From: Granulicella sp.
GTDB lineage: Bacteria; Acidobacteriota; Terriglobia; Terriglobales; Acidobacteriaceae
Reading direction: 5' to 3'
NCBI GenBank assembly: GCA_027339965.1
Contig: DAHWNL010000058.1
Location: 1-15,438 of the forward strand
Length of the DNA stretch: 15,438 bases
The translations under genes were made by a program, and so were the position numbers. Below the pieces are notes generated by a model, which was not told the DNA's origin, made no database searches, and worked only from the letters and a program-made list of their open reading frames with translations. Shown here piece after piece: positions 6,861 to 15,438 of the stretch; the stretch's first letter is position 1; each line of letters starts with the position of its first letter.

Positions 6861-7814
6861 ATGGGAATCACTCGCCAGCAAGCCCTTGACTGCTTCGCCT
6901 CCGACGACCTGATCGGCCTTGGCATGGAGGCCGATGCGCTCCGCCGCCGGCTGCATCCGGAGGCGGTCGTCGGCTATACGGTCACCCGGCCGCTGGACCT
7001 CTCCTCTCCGCTGGATGTGGCCCTGTCCAGCGCCCGCAAAAGCCTCTCGATGGGCGCCACCGGCCTGATTCTCCAGGCCGACGTGCAGCGGGAGCCGCAT
7101 CTGGCCCACTACGAGAGGCTGCTCTCCGAGGTCAAGCGAAACTTCCCGGGCGTCTGGCTGCACGGCCTGGCGGCCACGCAGCTCCTCACTCTGGCCTCTG
7201 CGGCAGCCGTGAGCCTGCGCGACGCCCTGGCGCGTCTGCAGGCGGCCGGGCTGGACTCCATCGACAGCTATGCGGTGATCCTGGACGACGAGATCCGCGG
7301 CCATCTGGCCCCGGAGAACTCCTCCCGCGCGGCCTGGATCAGCGTCCACCGCGCCGCCCACCAGCTTGGCATCGGCAGCTCGGCCAGCATGGTCTTCGGC
7401 GTTGGGGAGACGCCCGAGCAGCGGGTGAACCACCTGGAGATTCTCCGCCAGCTCCAGCAGGACAGCGGCGGATTTGTCTCCTTCACGCCGCTGGCCTACC
7501 AGCGCAGCCTGGGCATCCCGGGCGTTCCCGCGGTTCCGGAGCCTACGGCGGTCGAGTATCTCACCACGCTCGCGGTCAGCCGGCTGTATCTGGACAACAT
7601 CCCCCATCTCCAGGGCTCCTGGCCCAACCAGGGGACCAAGGTACTGCAGATGAGCCTGCGCTTCGGCAGTGACGACGCGGGCTCCGTGCAGATGGACGAA
7701 AATCCCGGCAAACCGGGTAGCGCCAGCGAAGAAGAGCTGCGCCGCATCATCCGCGAGGCCGGCTTCCGGCCCGTCGAGCGCGACATCCCCTACCGCTGCA
7801 TATTCCTGAACTGA
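6861..7814 (+). CDS. MqnC/CofH-family radical-SAM-fold protein lacking the CxxxCxxC motif (probable pseudoenzyme)
   Basis: MqnC-like segments DDLIGLGMEADALRRRLHPE, LQAAGLDSI, ILDDEIR, VHRAAHQLG, MVFGVGETPEQRVNHL, EYLTTLAVSRLYLDNI and EEELRRIIREAGFRPVERD. Only two Cys in 317 aa, one near each end. Confidence 0.85.
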   Translation: MGITRQQALDCFASDDLIGLGMEADALRRRLHPEAVVGYTVTRPLDLSSPLDVALSSARKSLSMGATGLILQADVQREPHLAHYERLLSEVKRNFPGVWLHGLAATQLLTLASAAAVSLRDALARLQAAGLDSIDSYAVILDDEIRGHLAPENSSRAAWISVHRAAHQLGIGSSASMVFGVGETPEQRVNHLEILRQLQQDSGGFVSFTPLAYQRSLGIPGVPAVPEPTAVEYLTTLAVSRLYLDNIPHLQGSWPNQGTKVLQMSLRFGSDDAGSVQMDENPGKPGSASEEELRRIIREAGFRPVERDIPYRCIFLN

Positions 7815-8000
7815 GGCCACGGGTTCCTGATCTGAGGCCACGGCCAGGGGACGCAGGCCCAGGCCGCAAACGCCCCCGGGCCGCCACAGCTCTGCTCCCT
7901 GGGCCGCCCCGCCGGTCGCGCACAGCCGGTCGCGTAAAATTGAGGTGCGAACTTCCTCAAACTGGAGAGCCCTCTGCTCAGCCAACTCAACGCGCTCGCC

Positions 8001-9623
8001 ATGTTCGTCGTCTCCCACGGCTTCGGGCATTACTGGAAGACCCACTACGCCGACCACACCTTTCGCAACGTCTACCGCTGGAACGCGTTCGACGTCAGCC
8101 TGCTGGTTCCGTACTTCCTGGTGATGGTGATTCTGGCCTTCTACGGCATCCATCGCTACCAGTTGGTGTGGCTGTACTACCGCAACAAGCGCCACCAATC
8201 CCGCTTTGGCCAGCCGCCGGCGCGCTTTGCCGAAGAAGATCTGCCGTTTGTGACGATCCAGTTGCCGATCTACAACGAGCAGTTCGTCATTGACCGTCTG
8301 CTGGAGGCCTGCTGCCGTCTGGACTACCCCCGGGACCGTTTTGAGATTCAGCTTCTGGACGATTCCACGGATGAGACGGTGGATGTCGCCTCCGCCATGG
8401 TGGCGCGCTTTGCCGCCGGAACCCAGGGACTGGCTCCGCAACCGGTCTACTACCTGCACCGCACCAACCGCTACGGCTTCAAGGCCGGCGCGCTTGAAGA
8501 AGGGCTGCGCACCGCCAAGGGCGAGCTGGTTGCCATCTTCGACGCGGACTTTGTTCCCCCGCCGGATTGGCTGCGCAAGGTGGTCCACCACTTTACCGAA
8601 CCCGCTGTGGGTATGGTGCAGACCCGCTGGACGCACCTGAACCGCAACTACAGCTTCCTCACCCAGGTGGAGGCCATCCTGCTGGACGGTCACTTTGTGC
8701 TGGAGCACGGCGGCCGCTCCCGCGCCGGCGTCTTCTTCAACTTCAACGGCACCGCCGGCATGTGGCGCCGCCAGGCTATTGAGGAGGCCGGAGGCTGGCA
8801 GCACGACACCCTGACCGAAGACACGGACCTGAGTTACCGGGCCCAACTCAAGGGATGGAAGTTCAAGTACCTGCAGGACGTCGAGTGCCCCGCCGAGCTG
8901 CCCATTGAGATGACCGCGTTCAAGACCCAGCAGGCCCGCTGGGCCAAGGGCCTGATCCAGACCTCCAAGAAGATTCTGCCCTCGGTCTTCCGCTCCGATG
9001 CGCCGTTCCATACCAAGCTGGAGGCCTGGTATCACCTGACCGCCAACATCAGCTATCCGCTGATGATCGTACTCTCCGTGCTGCTGATGCCGGCCATGAT
9101 CATCCGCTCCTGGCAGGGGCCGATTCAGATGATGCTGATCGACTTCCCACTGTTCATGGCCTCCACGATGAGCGTCTCCAGCTTCTATCTGGTCAGCCAG
9201 CGGGAGCTGTTTCCGCGCACCTGGTACAGGACCTTTCTGTATCTGCCGTTCCTGATGTCGCTGGGCGTGGGCCTCTCGGTGACCAACACCAAGGCGGTGC
9301 TGGAGGCTCTCTTGGGCGTCAAAAGCGCCTTTGCCCGGACGCCCAAGTATCGCGTGCAGAAGAAGGGCGAAAGGTCGCAGGCGCGCAAGTACCGCAAGCG
9401 TCTGGGCATCATTCCCTGGATCGAGATCGCCATCGGCGTCTACTTCGCCGCCACGGTCTGGTACGCGGTGACCACGGAGAACTTCTTCACCGTGCCCTTT
9501 CTGCTGCTGTTCGTTCTGGGCTACTGGTACACCGGCCTGCTGAGCATCTTTCAGGGCCTGTTCGAGCGCAAGGGCGCCGCTGGCGGTGACCTGCATGAGA
9601 AGCCCTACCCGGTGGGCATCTGA
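8001..9623 (+). CDS. GT2 processive glycosyltransferase (cellulose-synthase-like, CslA/mannan-synthase-like)
   Basis: VTIQLPIYNE, LLDDSTD, GFKAGAL, FDADF (DxD), VQTRW, FNGTAG, LTED and QQARW (QxxRW), with N- and C-terminal TM helices. Confidence 0.93.
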   Translation: MFVVSHGFGHYWKTHYADHTFRNVYRWNAFDVSLLVPYFLVMVILAFYGIHRYQLVWLYYRNKRHQSRFGQPPARFAEEDLPFVTIQLPIYNEQFVIDRLLEACCRLDYPRDRFEIQLLDDSTDETVDVASAMVARFAAGTQGLAPQPVYYLHRTNRYGFKAGALEEGLRTAKGELVAIFDADFVPPPDWLRKVVHHFTEPAVGMVQTRWTHLNRNYSFLTQVEAILLDGHFVLEHGGRSRAGVFFNFNGTAGMWRRQAIEEAGGWQHDTLTEDTDLSYRAQLKGWKFKYLQDVECPAELPIEMTAFKTQQARWAKGLIQTSKKILPSVFRSDAPFHTKLEAWYHLTANISYPLMIVLSVLLMPAMIIRSWQGPIQMMLIDFPLFMASTMSVSSFYLVSQRELFPRTWYRTFLYLPFLMSLGVGLSVTNTKAVLEALLGVKSAFARTPKYRVQKKGERSQARKYRKRLGIIPWIEIAIGVYFAATVWYAVTTENFFTVPFLLLFVLGYWYTGLLSIFQGLFERKGAAGGDLHEKPYPVGI

Positions 9624-9703
9624 CGCAAATCCAAGCGTCAGCGGCTGCGAGCGCAACCAGGGACACACCTTGCCCGGAGCTGAGCGGCTGCCGAGACGCG
9701 GCA

Positions 9704-11053
9704 TCAGTGGACGTGTGAGACGGCCAGCGTGAGCAGCAGCGCGGTGACGGAGATGATGGTTTCGCAGATGGACCAGGATTTGAGGGTCTGCGGAACGCTC
9801 ATGTTGAAGTACTGCTTGACCAGCCAGAATCCACCATCGTTGACGTGCGAAAAGATGAGCGAGCCGGCCCCGGCGGCGATGGCCAGCAGCTCCGGGTGCG
9901 GATAGGCGGTGGTGAGCGCCACCGGAGCCACCATGCCGGCCGCGGTGACCATGGCCACGGTGGCCGAGCCTGTGGCGAGCCGCATCACGGCGGCCAGCAG
10001 CCAGACCAGCAGCAGCAGCGAAACGTGGCTCCGGTTGGCCAGCCCGACGATGGCGTAAGCCACGCCGCTGTCCTGCAGAACGCGGCCAAAGCCGCCGCCG
10101 GCGCCCACCAGCAGAGTGATCAGAGCCGTGGGCGCAAGGCACTCCTGGCTGAACTGCAGAATCGTCTGGCGCTGGAAACCACGCATCCTGCCCAGGGTCT
10201 GGAAGCTCACCAGAACACCCAGCAGCAGGGCCAGGTCGTCGTTGCCCAGCAGGCCCAGCACCCGGGCAGGTAAGCCCGCATGGCCGCCCGCCGCTCCGGC
10301 GATGCTGCCGAAGGCCAGCAGAAAGACCGGCAGAAGAAGGGTGAACAGGGTGAGGTTGAAGCCAGGCAGGCTGCTCTCCGCGCCGTGATCGACAAACTGC
10401 TCCGCCATGGGATTCTCCGCCGGCAGCTCGATATGCGGCGCGATCAGCCGGGCATAGACGGGGCCGGCGAGGATGGCTGTGGGTATGCCGATCAGCAGAG
10501 CGTACAACATCGTGCGGCCCGTGCCGGCCTTGAAGATGGACACGGCCATCACCGCCGCAGGATGGGGTGGCGTCAGGCCCTGATCCACCGACAAACCGGC
10601 CAGCAGAGGCAACCCCACCTCCACCAGCGACTTGCCCGTGCGGCGCGCCACGGTATACGCGATGGGGATGAGCAGAACGAACCCGACCTCAAAGAAGCAA
10701 GGCAGGCCGACCACCAGCCCGATGGCCATCATCGCCCAGGCGATGCGCCGGTGGCCAAAGAGGCGAATCATGGTGTGCGCGATCTGGTCGGCTCCGCCGG
10801 ACTCAGCCAGCATCTTGCCCAGCATGGTTCCCAGGGCGACGATGATGGCGATGTGCCCAAGCATTGCGCCCATGCCCAGCTCGAAGGAGCGCACTCCGGC
10901 GGTGAAGGGCATGCCCGCGGCCAGCGCCAGGGCCAGGGAGACGACAAACAGCGTGAGGAACGGGTTCAGCTTGAAGATCGCGATCAGCGCGATGAGGCCG
11001 ATGACGGCGATCAGCCCGGCGATCAACAGAAAGGTGCTGTGAGGATCGATCAT
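9704..11053 (-). CDS. GntP-family gluconate/sugar-acid:H+ symporter
   Basis: Highly hydrophobic, with motifs KLNPFLTL, LGTMLGKMLAESGGA, FFEVGFVLLIP, PPHPAA, GAGGGFG, RLATGSATVA and FSHVNDGGFWLVKQYF. Start ATG 11053 (MIDPHSTF); the ORF-track extension to 11245 is unlikely. Confidence 0.95.
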   Translation of the reverse strand: MIDPHSTFLLIAGLIAVIGLIALIAIFKLNPFLTLFVVSLALALAAGMPFTAGVRSFELGMGAMLGHIAIIVALGTMLGKMLAESGGADQIAHTMIRLFGHRRIAWAMMAIGLVVGLPCFFEVGFVLLIPIAYTVARRTGKSLVEVGLPLLAGLSVDQGLTPPHPAAVMAVSIFKAGTGRTMLYALLIGIPTAILAGPVYARLIAPHIELPAENPMAEQFVDHGAESSLPGFNLTLFTLLLPVFLLAFGSIAGAAGGHAGLPARVLGLLGNDDLALLLGVLVSFQTLGRMRGFQRQTILQFSQECLAPTALITLLVGAGGGFGRVLQDSGVAYAIVGLANRSHVSLLLLVWLLAAVMRLATGSATVAMVTAAGMVAPVALTTAYPHPELLAIAAGAGSLIFSHVNDGGFWLVKQYFNMSVPQTLKSWSICETIISVTALLLTLAVSHVH

Positions 11054-11419
11054 GGCTCGGTTATCGTCCTGGCGTGGAGGCCCGGCAGCCGCTGGAGGCC
11101 CTGCAGCCGCTGGAAAAGGTGCATTGGAGAAGAGTAGCCGTCCTTGCGGAAGCTGAAGAAGCGGCGAAGTCCGTGAGCTGCTGAAATCCCTGAATTTCTG
11201 ACCTCCCGGGGTTGCCGTCTTTTGAGGATTTCCGACGGAAGGCAAGGCTGCCCGGGTGGTTGGGAGCTTTGCCTGATCATCTCACAGCGAGGACCCCGCC
11301 AAAGGGCGGACGCCCGGCTTGTCGCCAGGGAGAGCCTTGGGGGCTTCCTGACCGTCCGGGGCGGGGGAAGCGAGGCGGTATCCGGAAGCGGGTTTGAGCT
11401 TTGCTTCTCGGCCTGGGGG

Positions 11420-11454
11420 TACAATTCGAGCGAACCTGTTTGCGAATAAGGAGG
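11420..11454 (+). promoter_or_regulatory. Candidate -10 (TACAAT) and strong SD (AAGGAGG) for the AsmA-family gene
   Basis: TACAAT at 11420-11425 and AAGGAGG at 11448-11454, just before ATG 11459. No correctly spaced -35 element. Confidence 0.45.
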
Positions 11455-11458
11455 CTCC

Positions 11459-13084
11459 ATGCAAAAGCGCTGGTTGAAGGTCCTCGTTGCCGTCGCCGTT
11501 TTCTTCGTCGCCGTCCTGGTGCTGGTTCCGTTTTTCGTCAACGCTGATACCTTCCGGCCCGAGATCGAAAGCGAGCTCTCCAGCGCGCTGGGGCGCAAGG
11601 TGACGCTGGGTCACCTGGGTCTGTCGCTGCTGACCGGGAGCCTGGTGGCAAATAATATCGTCATTGCGGACGATCCGGCGTTTTCCGCCGCTCCTTTTCT
11701 GGACGCCAAGGAGCTGCGGATCGGCGTGGAGCTGGGCCAGCTTCTCTTCCATCACTCCCTGCAGGTGACGGACCTTATCATCAAGTCACCCTCCATTCAA
11801 CTGATTCACGCGGCCAATGGAACCTGGAACTTCTCTACCCTGGGCGGCGCGGCGGCCAAGCCTGCACCGGGGCCGGCGTCAGGGGACGCGATTCCGGCGC
11901 TCACCGTGAATAAACTGGCGATTGAGAATGGCGCCGCCGTGCTCTCTTCGCTGCCGGCTGACGGCAAGCCCCTGCAGTGCACCCACGTGAACTTGACCGT
12001 CACGCAGTTTTCCCCCACCGCATCGTTTCCCTTCACGCTTTCGTTACTGGTTCCCGGTGGCGGAAGTCTGAACGTGAAGGGCGCGGCGGGACCGCTGGCG
12101 CAGAACGACGCCTCGCTCACCCCATTCCACGCGACCATCTTGGTGAAGCACTTTGACCCGGTGGCCGCGGGGGCGATTCAGGCCGCCGATGGCATCTCGA
12201 TGGTGGCAGACATGGACGCTCAGGTGGCCTCGCAGGATGCGAAGATGACCGCTTCCGGCAAGGCGAAGGCGTCGCAACTGAAGCTGGCGGTGAACGGAGT
12301 GCCCGCTCCCCGGCCCGTGGATCTCAACTTCAATCTGGCCGATGATCTCTCCTCGCGCAACGGCCAAGTGAACGATCTGGCGATCGTCACCGGCGCGGTT
12401 GCAGCGCACATCACCGGAACCTTCCAGCAGAGTGGAACGGAACCGAGTGTGAATTTGCAGCTTGCGGCGCCCAACCTCCCTGTGGACCAGGTGGAGCAGT
12501 TGCTGCCCGCGGCGGGTGTGGTGCTGCCGAGCGGCTCCCGTCTTCAGGGCGGCACCATCAACGCCAATCTGGCGATCAGCGGCCCGGTGAACGGACTGAC
12601 GATTGCAGGGCCGATCGAGCTGGATAACAGCCAACTGACCGGGTTCGACCTGGGGGGCGAGATTCAGGGCATTCATCCGCTCGCCGGCACCTCGGGAGGC
12701 ACGGAGATCCGCAAGCTCGCCGCGGTGGTCAACAACTCGCCGCAGGGCACCAGCTTCCAGAACATCGACGCCGAAATTCCCAAGATCGGCAGCGCGACCG
12801 GCCAGGGGACGATCTCTCCCTCTCCCACCGAGGCGCTGAACTTCCAAATGAGCGCCAAGATTGCCGCGCTTTCGGCAGTGGGCGGAGTTGTGGACAAGCT
12901 CTTCGGCGGTGGTTCCTCCTCTTCTTCAAACTCGGGCGGCGGCATTCCGCTGACCGTGACGGGAACGGCATCCCATCCGTCCATCCAAGCCAACCTGGGA
13001 CAGATGTTCAACAACGCCACAAATGGAGTCGTGAACAACTCCGGGATCAAGAAATCCATGAAGTCGCTGAAGGGATTGTTTTGA
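11459..13084 (+). CDS. AsmA-family envelope protein
   Basis: N-terminal membrane anchor followed by the AsmA-type segment FVNADTFRPEIESELSSALGRKVTLG, then PSIQLIHAANGTWNFSTL, a beta-strand-rich body and the C-terminal IPLTVTGTASHPSI. Confidence 0.9.
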   Translation: MQKRWLKVLVAVAVFFVAVLVLVPFFVNADTFRPEIESELSSALGRKVTLGHLGLSLLTGSLVANNIVIADDPAFSAAPFLDAKELRIGVELGQLLFHHSLQVTDLIIKSPSIQLIHAANGTWNFSTLGGAAAKPAPGPASGDAIPALTVNKLAIENGAAVLSSLPADGKPLQCTHVNLTVTQFSPTASFPFTLSLLVPGGGSLNVKGAAGPLAQNDASLTPFHATILVKHFDPVAAGAIQAADGISMVADMDAQVASQDAKMTASGKAKASQLKLAVNGVPAPRPVDLNFNLADDLSSRNGQVNDLAIVTGAVAAHITGTFQQSGTEPSVNLQLAAPNLPVDQVEQLLPAAGVVLPSGSRLQGGTINANLAISGPVNGLTIAGPIELDNSQLTGFDLGGEIQGIHPLAGTSGGTEIRKLAAVVNNSPQGTSFQNIDAEIPKIGSATGQGTISPSPTEALNFQMSAKIAALSAVGGVVDKLFGGGSSSSSNSGGGIPLTVTGTASHPSIQANLGQMFNNATNGVVNNSGIKKSMKSLKGLF

Positions 13085-13177
13085 AGAAAGGCAGCCTGCA
13101 GCGTCACCGCATCCAACCGGCTGAAGCGCTACACTGCTCAGACAGGGCAGCTCCAATATCTCCGCAGGGAGGAAGCC

Positions 13178-13843
13178 ATGGCAAGCAAACAGTCACCCCA
13201 TCCCGAAGGCGAGAAGCCTTCTCCTGAACTCCCCAGCAGCACGGGTCTCTCGCGGCGCAGCTTCCTGAAGGGGGCAGGCATCACCGCCGCTGGCACGGCT
13301 CTGCTGGATGGAGTTCAGAGCCTCCGGAAGGAGGCCTTTGCCGCCGCGCCGGCAGACGTCAAGGAGTACAGCGCGGATGGCGCCAGGATCACGCTGCGGA
13401 TCAATGGCAAGGAACATGCGCTGCACATTGAGCCGCGCACCACGCTGGTGGAGGCGCTGCGGATCAACCTTGGCATGACGGGGGCCAAGATTGGCTGTGA
13501 TCGCGGAGCCTGCTCCAGTTGCACGGTTTGGCTGGACGGGATGCCGGTGAACAGTTGCACCATGCTGGCCATCGATGCCATCGGACATCAGATCACCACC
13601 ATCGAAGGCCTTGGCGAGAGCGCCGAGCTTCACCCGGTAGAGGCGGCCTTTGTGCGCCATGACGCCATGCAGTGCGGCTTCTGTACGCCGGGCATGGTGA
13701 TGAGCTGCGCTGCCCTGCTGGAAAAGAACCCGCATCCGACCGAGGCGGACGTCCGCAGGGCGGTCAGCGGCAACCTTTGCCGCTGCGGGACCTACCCCAA
13801 GGTATTTGCTGCGACGCTGGACGCCGCCAGCCGGCGAGCCTGA
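13178..13843 (+). CDS. Xanthine-dehydrogenase-family 2x[2Fe-2S] small subunit with Tat signal (PaoA/YagT-like)
   Basis: Twin-arginine motif SRRSFLK plus an h-region; cluster motifs GCDRGACSSC..VNSC and QCGFCTPG..NLCRCG. SD GGAGG. Confidence 0.93.
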   Translation: MASKQSPHPEGEKPSPELPSSTGLSRRSFLKGAGITAAGTALLDGVQSLRKEAFAAAPADVKEYSADGARITLRINGKEHALHIEPRTTLVEALRINLGMTGAKIGCDRGACSSCTVWLDGMPVNSCTMLAIDAIGHQITTIEGLGESAELHPVEAAFVRHDAMQCGFCTPGMVMSCAALLEKNPHPTEADVRRAVSGNLCRCGTYPKVFAATLDAASRRA

Positions 13844-13864
13844 CCCGCGCCAGAGAGGATAGTC

Positions 13865-15438
13865 ATGGCAGATCACACGTTGCACATCATCACCGAGGCG
13901 CTGCCCGAAGCTGCCGGCGACATCGCCTCCGCGCAGACCGAGACGGTGGCGACCAAAACCGTGACCATGCCGGTCGGAGTCCCCGGCGATACGCTGCACC
14001 AGGTCGAACGCACCATCCCGGCCTCACAACCGCCCGTGCTTCCAGTAAACAAAGACCTCAAGTACGTGGGAAAGGCGGTTGAGCGTTGGGACGGACCGGC
14101 CAAGGCCAGTGGGCGAGCCCGCTACACGGCGGACATTCAACTTCCAGGCATGCTGTATGCGCGCTTTGTGAATGCGACCCTGCCCCATGCCAGGATTCTC
14201 TCCATCGATACCTCTGAGGCCGAGCGCCAACCCGGCGTCAAGGGCGTACACGTAGTGGAAAAGCTGCTGGGTGCGGCCGTCCTGCGTGATCCCGCTCTCG
14301 ACCAGGGACGCTATCCGATCGTGCGCTATGTCGGCCAGCCGATCGCCGCCGTGGCAGCCACCACCCCGCAAGCCGCGGAAGACGCGCTGGCCAAGGTGAA
14401 GGTGAAGTATGAAGCTCTGCCGTTTGTGGTGGATCCTGACCTGGCGCGCCAGCCCAACGCGCCCCTGGTCTTCCCCGGACCCGCGGATCAGGCGGGCACC
14501 GCGGGCGGCGGCGGCAGCGCCAGCGGCATTCCCCAGACCGGCAACATCCATGGGCCGGCTATCAACAAACACGGTGACGTGGAACAAGGCTTCAAGGACG
14601 CTGATGTGGTGGTGGATGAGCGCTATTCCACTCAGGTGGAGACCCACTCCGCCATGGAGACCCATGGCGTGGTCGCCGACTGGAAGCCGGAGATGCTCAC
14701 CGTCTGGGCCTCCACGCAGGGCACGGCCAGCGTGCGCGAAGAGCTTGCGGCCTATTTCCAATTACCCATGTCCAAGGTCCGGGTGATTACGGAGTACATG
14801 GGAGGCGGCTTTGGCGCCAAGTTCGGCGCGGGGAACTACGGCGTGGTGGCGGCCGCGCTCTCCCGCAAGACCAACCTGCCGGTGCGCCTGATGCTCGACC
14901 GCAAGGAAGAGCATCTTTCGGTCGGCAACCGCCCCAGCTCCGAGCAGCGGCTTCGCATTGGAGCGAAGCGCGACGGGACGATCACCGCCATCCATCTCAC
15001 CAGCTACGGCACGGCCGGCTGCGGCACCGGAGCAGGCTGCGCTGGCCCGGCGGCGAACCTTTACAAGTGGGCCAGCCTGCTCACCGAGGAGAATGACGTC
15101 TTTATCAACGCCGGCCCAGGAACAGCTTTTCGCGCCCCAGGCCATCCGCAGGGCGCGTTCTCGCTGGAGCAGTCCATCGACGAGCTGGCCATCCGGTTGC
15201 AGATGGACCCCCTGGACCTGCGTGATCGCATCGATGAAAATCCGGCCCGCCGGGTGGAGCGGCAGATCGTGCGCGAGCACGCGCTGTGGAAGTCTCGCCA
15301 TGCAGCGCCCAATACGGATCAAGGCATCGTGAAGCGCGGCGTTGGCGTTGCGCAAGGGGTCTGGTATCGCAACATCAGCATGAACTCAGCGGCGGAGGTC
15401 CGCGTGCACAAGGACGGGTCCGTGGAGGTGCTCTCCGC
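13865..15438 (+). CDS. Xanthine-dehydrogenase-family molybdopterin-binding large subunit (PaoC/YagR-like), partial, runs off the right edge
   Basis: Open frame from ATG 13865 (SD GAGGA): MADHTLHII...VGKAVERWDGPAKASGRARYTADIQLPGMLYA...VRYVGQPIAAVAA...HSAMETHG...VWASTQG...YMGGGFGAK...AFRAPGHPQ. Absent from the ORF track because there is no stop codon in the window. Confidence 0.93.
   Translation, partial: MADHTLHIITEALPEAAGDIASAQTETVATKTVTMPVGVPGDTLHQVERTIPASQPPVLPVNKDLKYVGKAVERWDGPAKASGRARYTADIQLPGMLYARFVNATLPHARILSIDTSEAERQPGVKGVHVVEKLLGAAVLRDPALDQGRYPIVRYVGQPIAAVAATTPQAAEDALAKVKVKYEALPFVVDPDLARQPNAPLVFPGPADQAGTAGGGGSASGIPQTGNIHGPAINKHGDVEQGFKDADVVVDERYSTQVETHSAMETHGVVADWKPEMLTVWASTQGTASVREELAAYFQLPMSKVRVITEYMGGGFGAKFGAGNYGVVAAALSRKTNLPVRLMLDRKEEHLSVGNRPSSEQRLRIGAKRDGTITAIHLTSYGTAGCGTGAGCAGPAANLYKWASLLTEENDVFINAGPGTAFRAPGHPQGAFSLEQSIDELAIRLQMDPLDLRDRIDENPARRVERQIVREHALWKSRHAAPNTDQGIVKRGVGVAQGVWYRNISMNSAAEVRVHKDGSVEVLS

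Noticed and set aside
4219..6925. 530-aa and 368-aa minus-strand ORFs
   Set aside because: They are antisense shadows of hemE and hemH.
6861..7814. Calling this gene a functional mqnC or a pseudogene
   Set aside because: It lacks CxxxCxxC, so canonical activity is unsupported. The frame is intact with both termini conserved, so pseudogene status is unsupported too.
9620..9641. Hairpin ctgacgc-N8-gcgtcag between the GT2 and GntP genes as an intrinsic terminator
   Set aside because: It has only a 7-bp stem, an 8-nt loop and no U-tract on either strand.
6855..10142. 1095-aa minus-strand ORF
   Set aside because: It lies antisense to the MqnC-like and GT2 genes and out of frame within the permease. 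It has no recognisable motifs and is a typical high-GC shadow ORF.
11271..11288. Second CRP-like site upstream of the GntP and AsmA genes
   Set aside because: Only the TCACA half matches; the left half at N6 spacing does not.
13672..15355. ORF-track calls over the right end (e.g. 14024-14761 and 14762-15355 on the minus strand)
   Set aside because: The real gene is the unlisted plus-strand Mo-subunit frame starting at 13865.

Overview
GC-rich bacterial chromosomal window of mostly core genes, probably from Acidobacteriota (an inference from protein style, not tested). Left end, minus strand: a tufB-type operon reading tRNA-Thr(TGT), tRNA-Tyr(GTA), a small membrane ORF, tRNA-Thr(GGT), tRNA-Gly(TCC), a 117-aa hypothetical ORF, then the 5' end of tuf. 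The operon has long structured spacers and three tandem GNRA hairpins. Next come a membrane 4Fe-4S (NapH/YccM-like) gene behind a class II CRP/FNR-type promoter, and ppa (minus). On the plus strand, hemE-hemH is followed by an MqnC/CofH-fold protein that has lost its radical-SAM cysteine motif, then a GT2 cellulose-synthase-like glycosyltransferase. The right part holds a GntP permease (minus), an AsmA-family gene, and the first two genes of a Tat-exported xanthine-dehydrogenase-family molybdoenzyme that runs off the edge. No CRISPR array, integrase, transposase or prophage gene was seen. The best leads are the cluster-less MqnC-like protein in the heme operon, the two unknown ORFs inside the tRNA-tuf operon, and the GNRA hairpin array.
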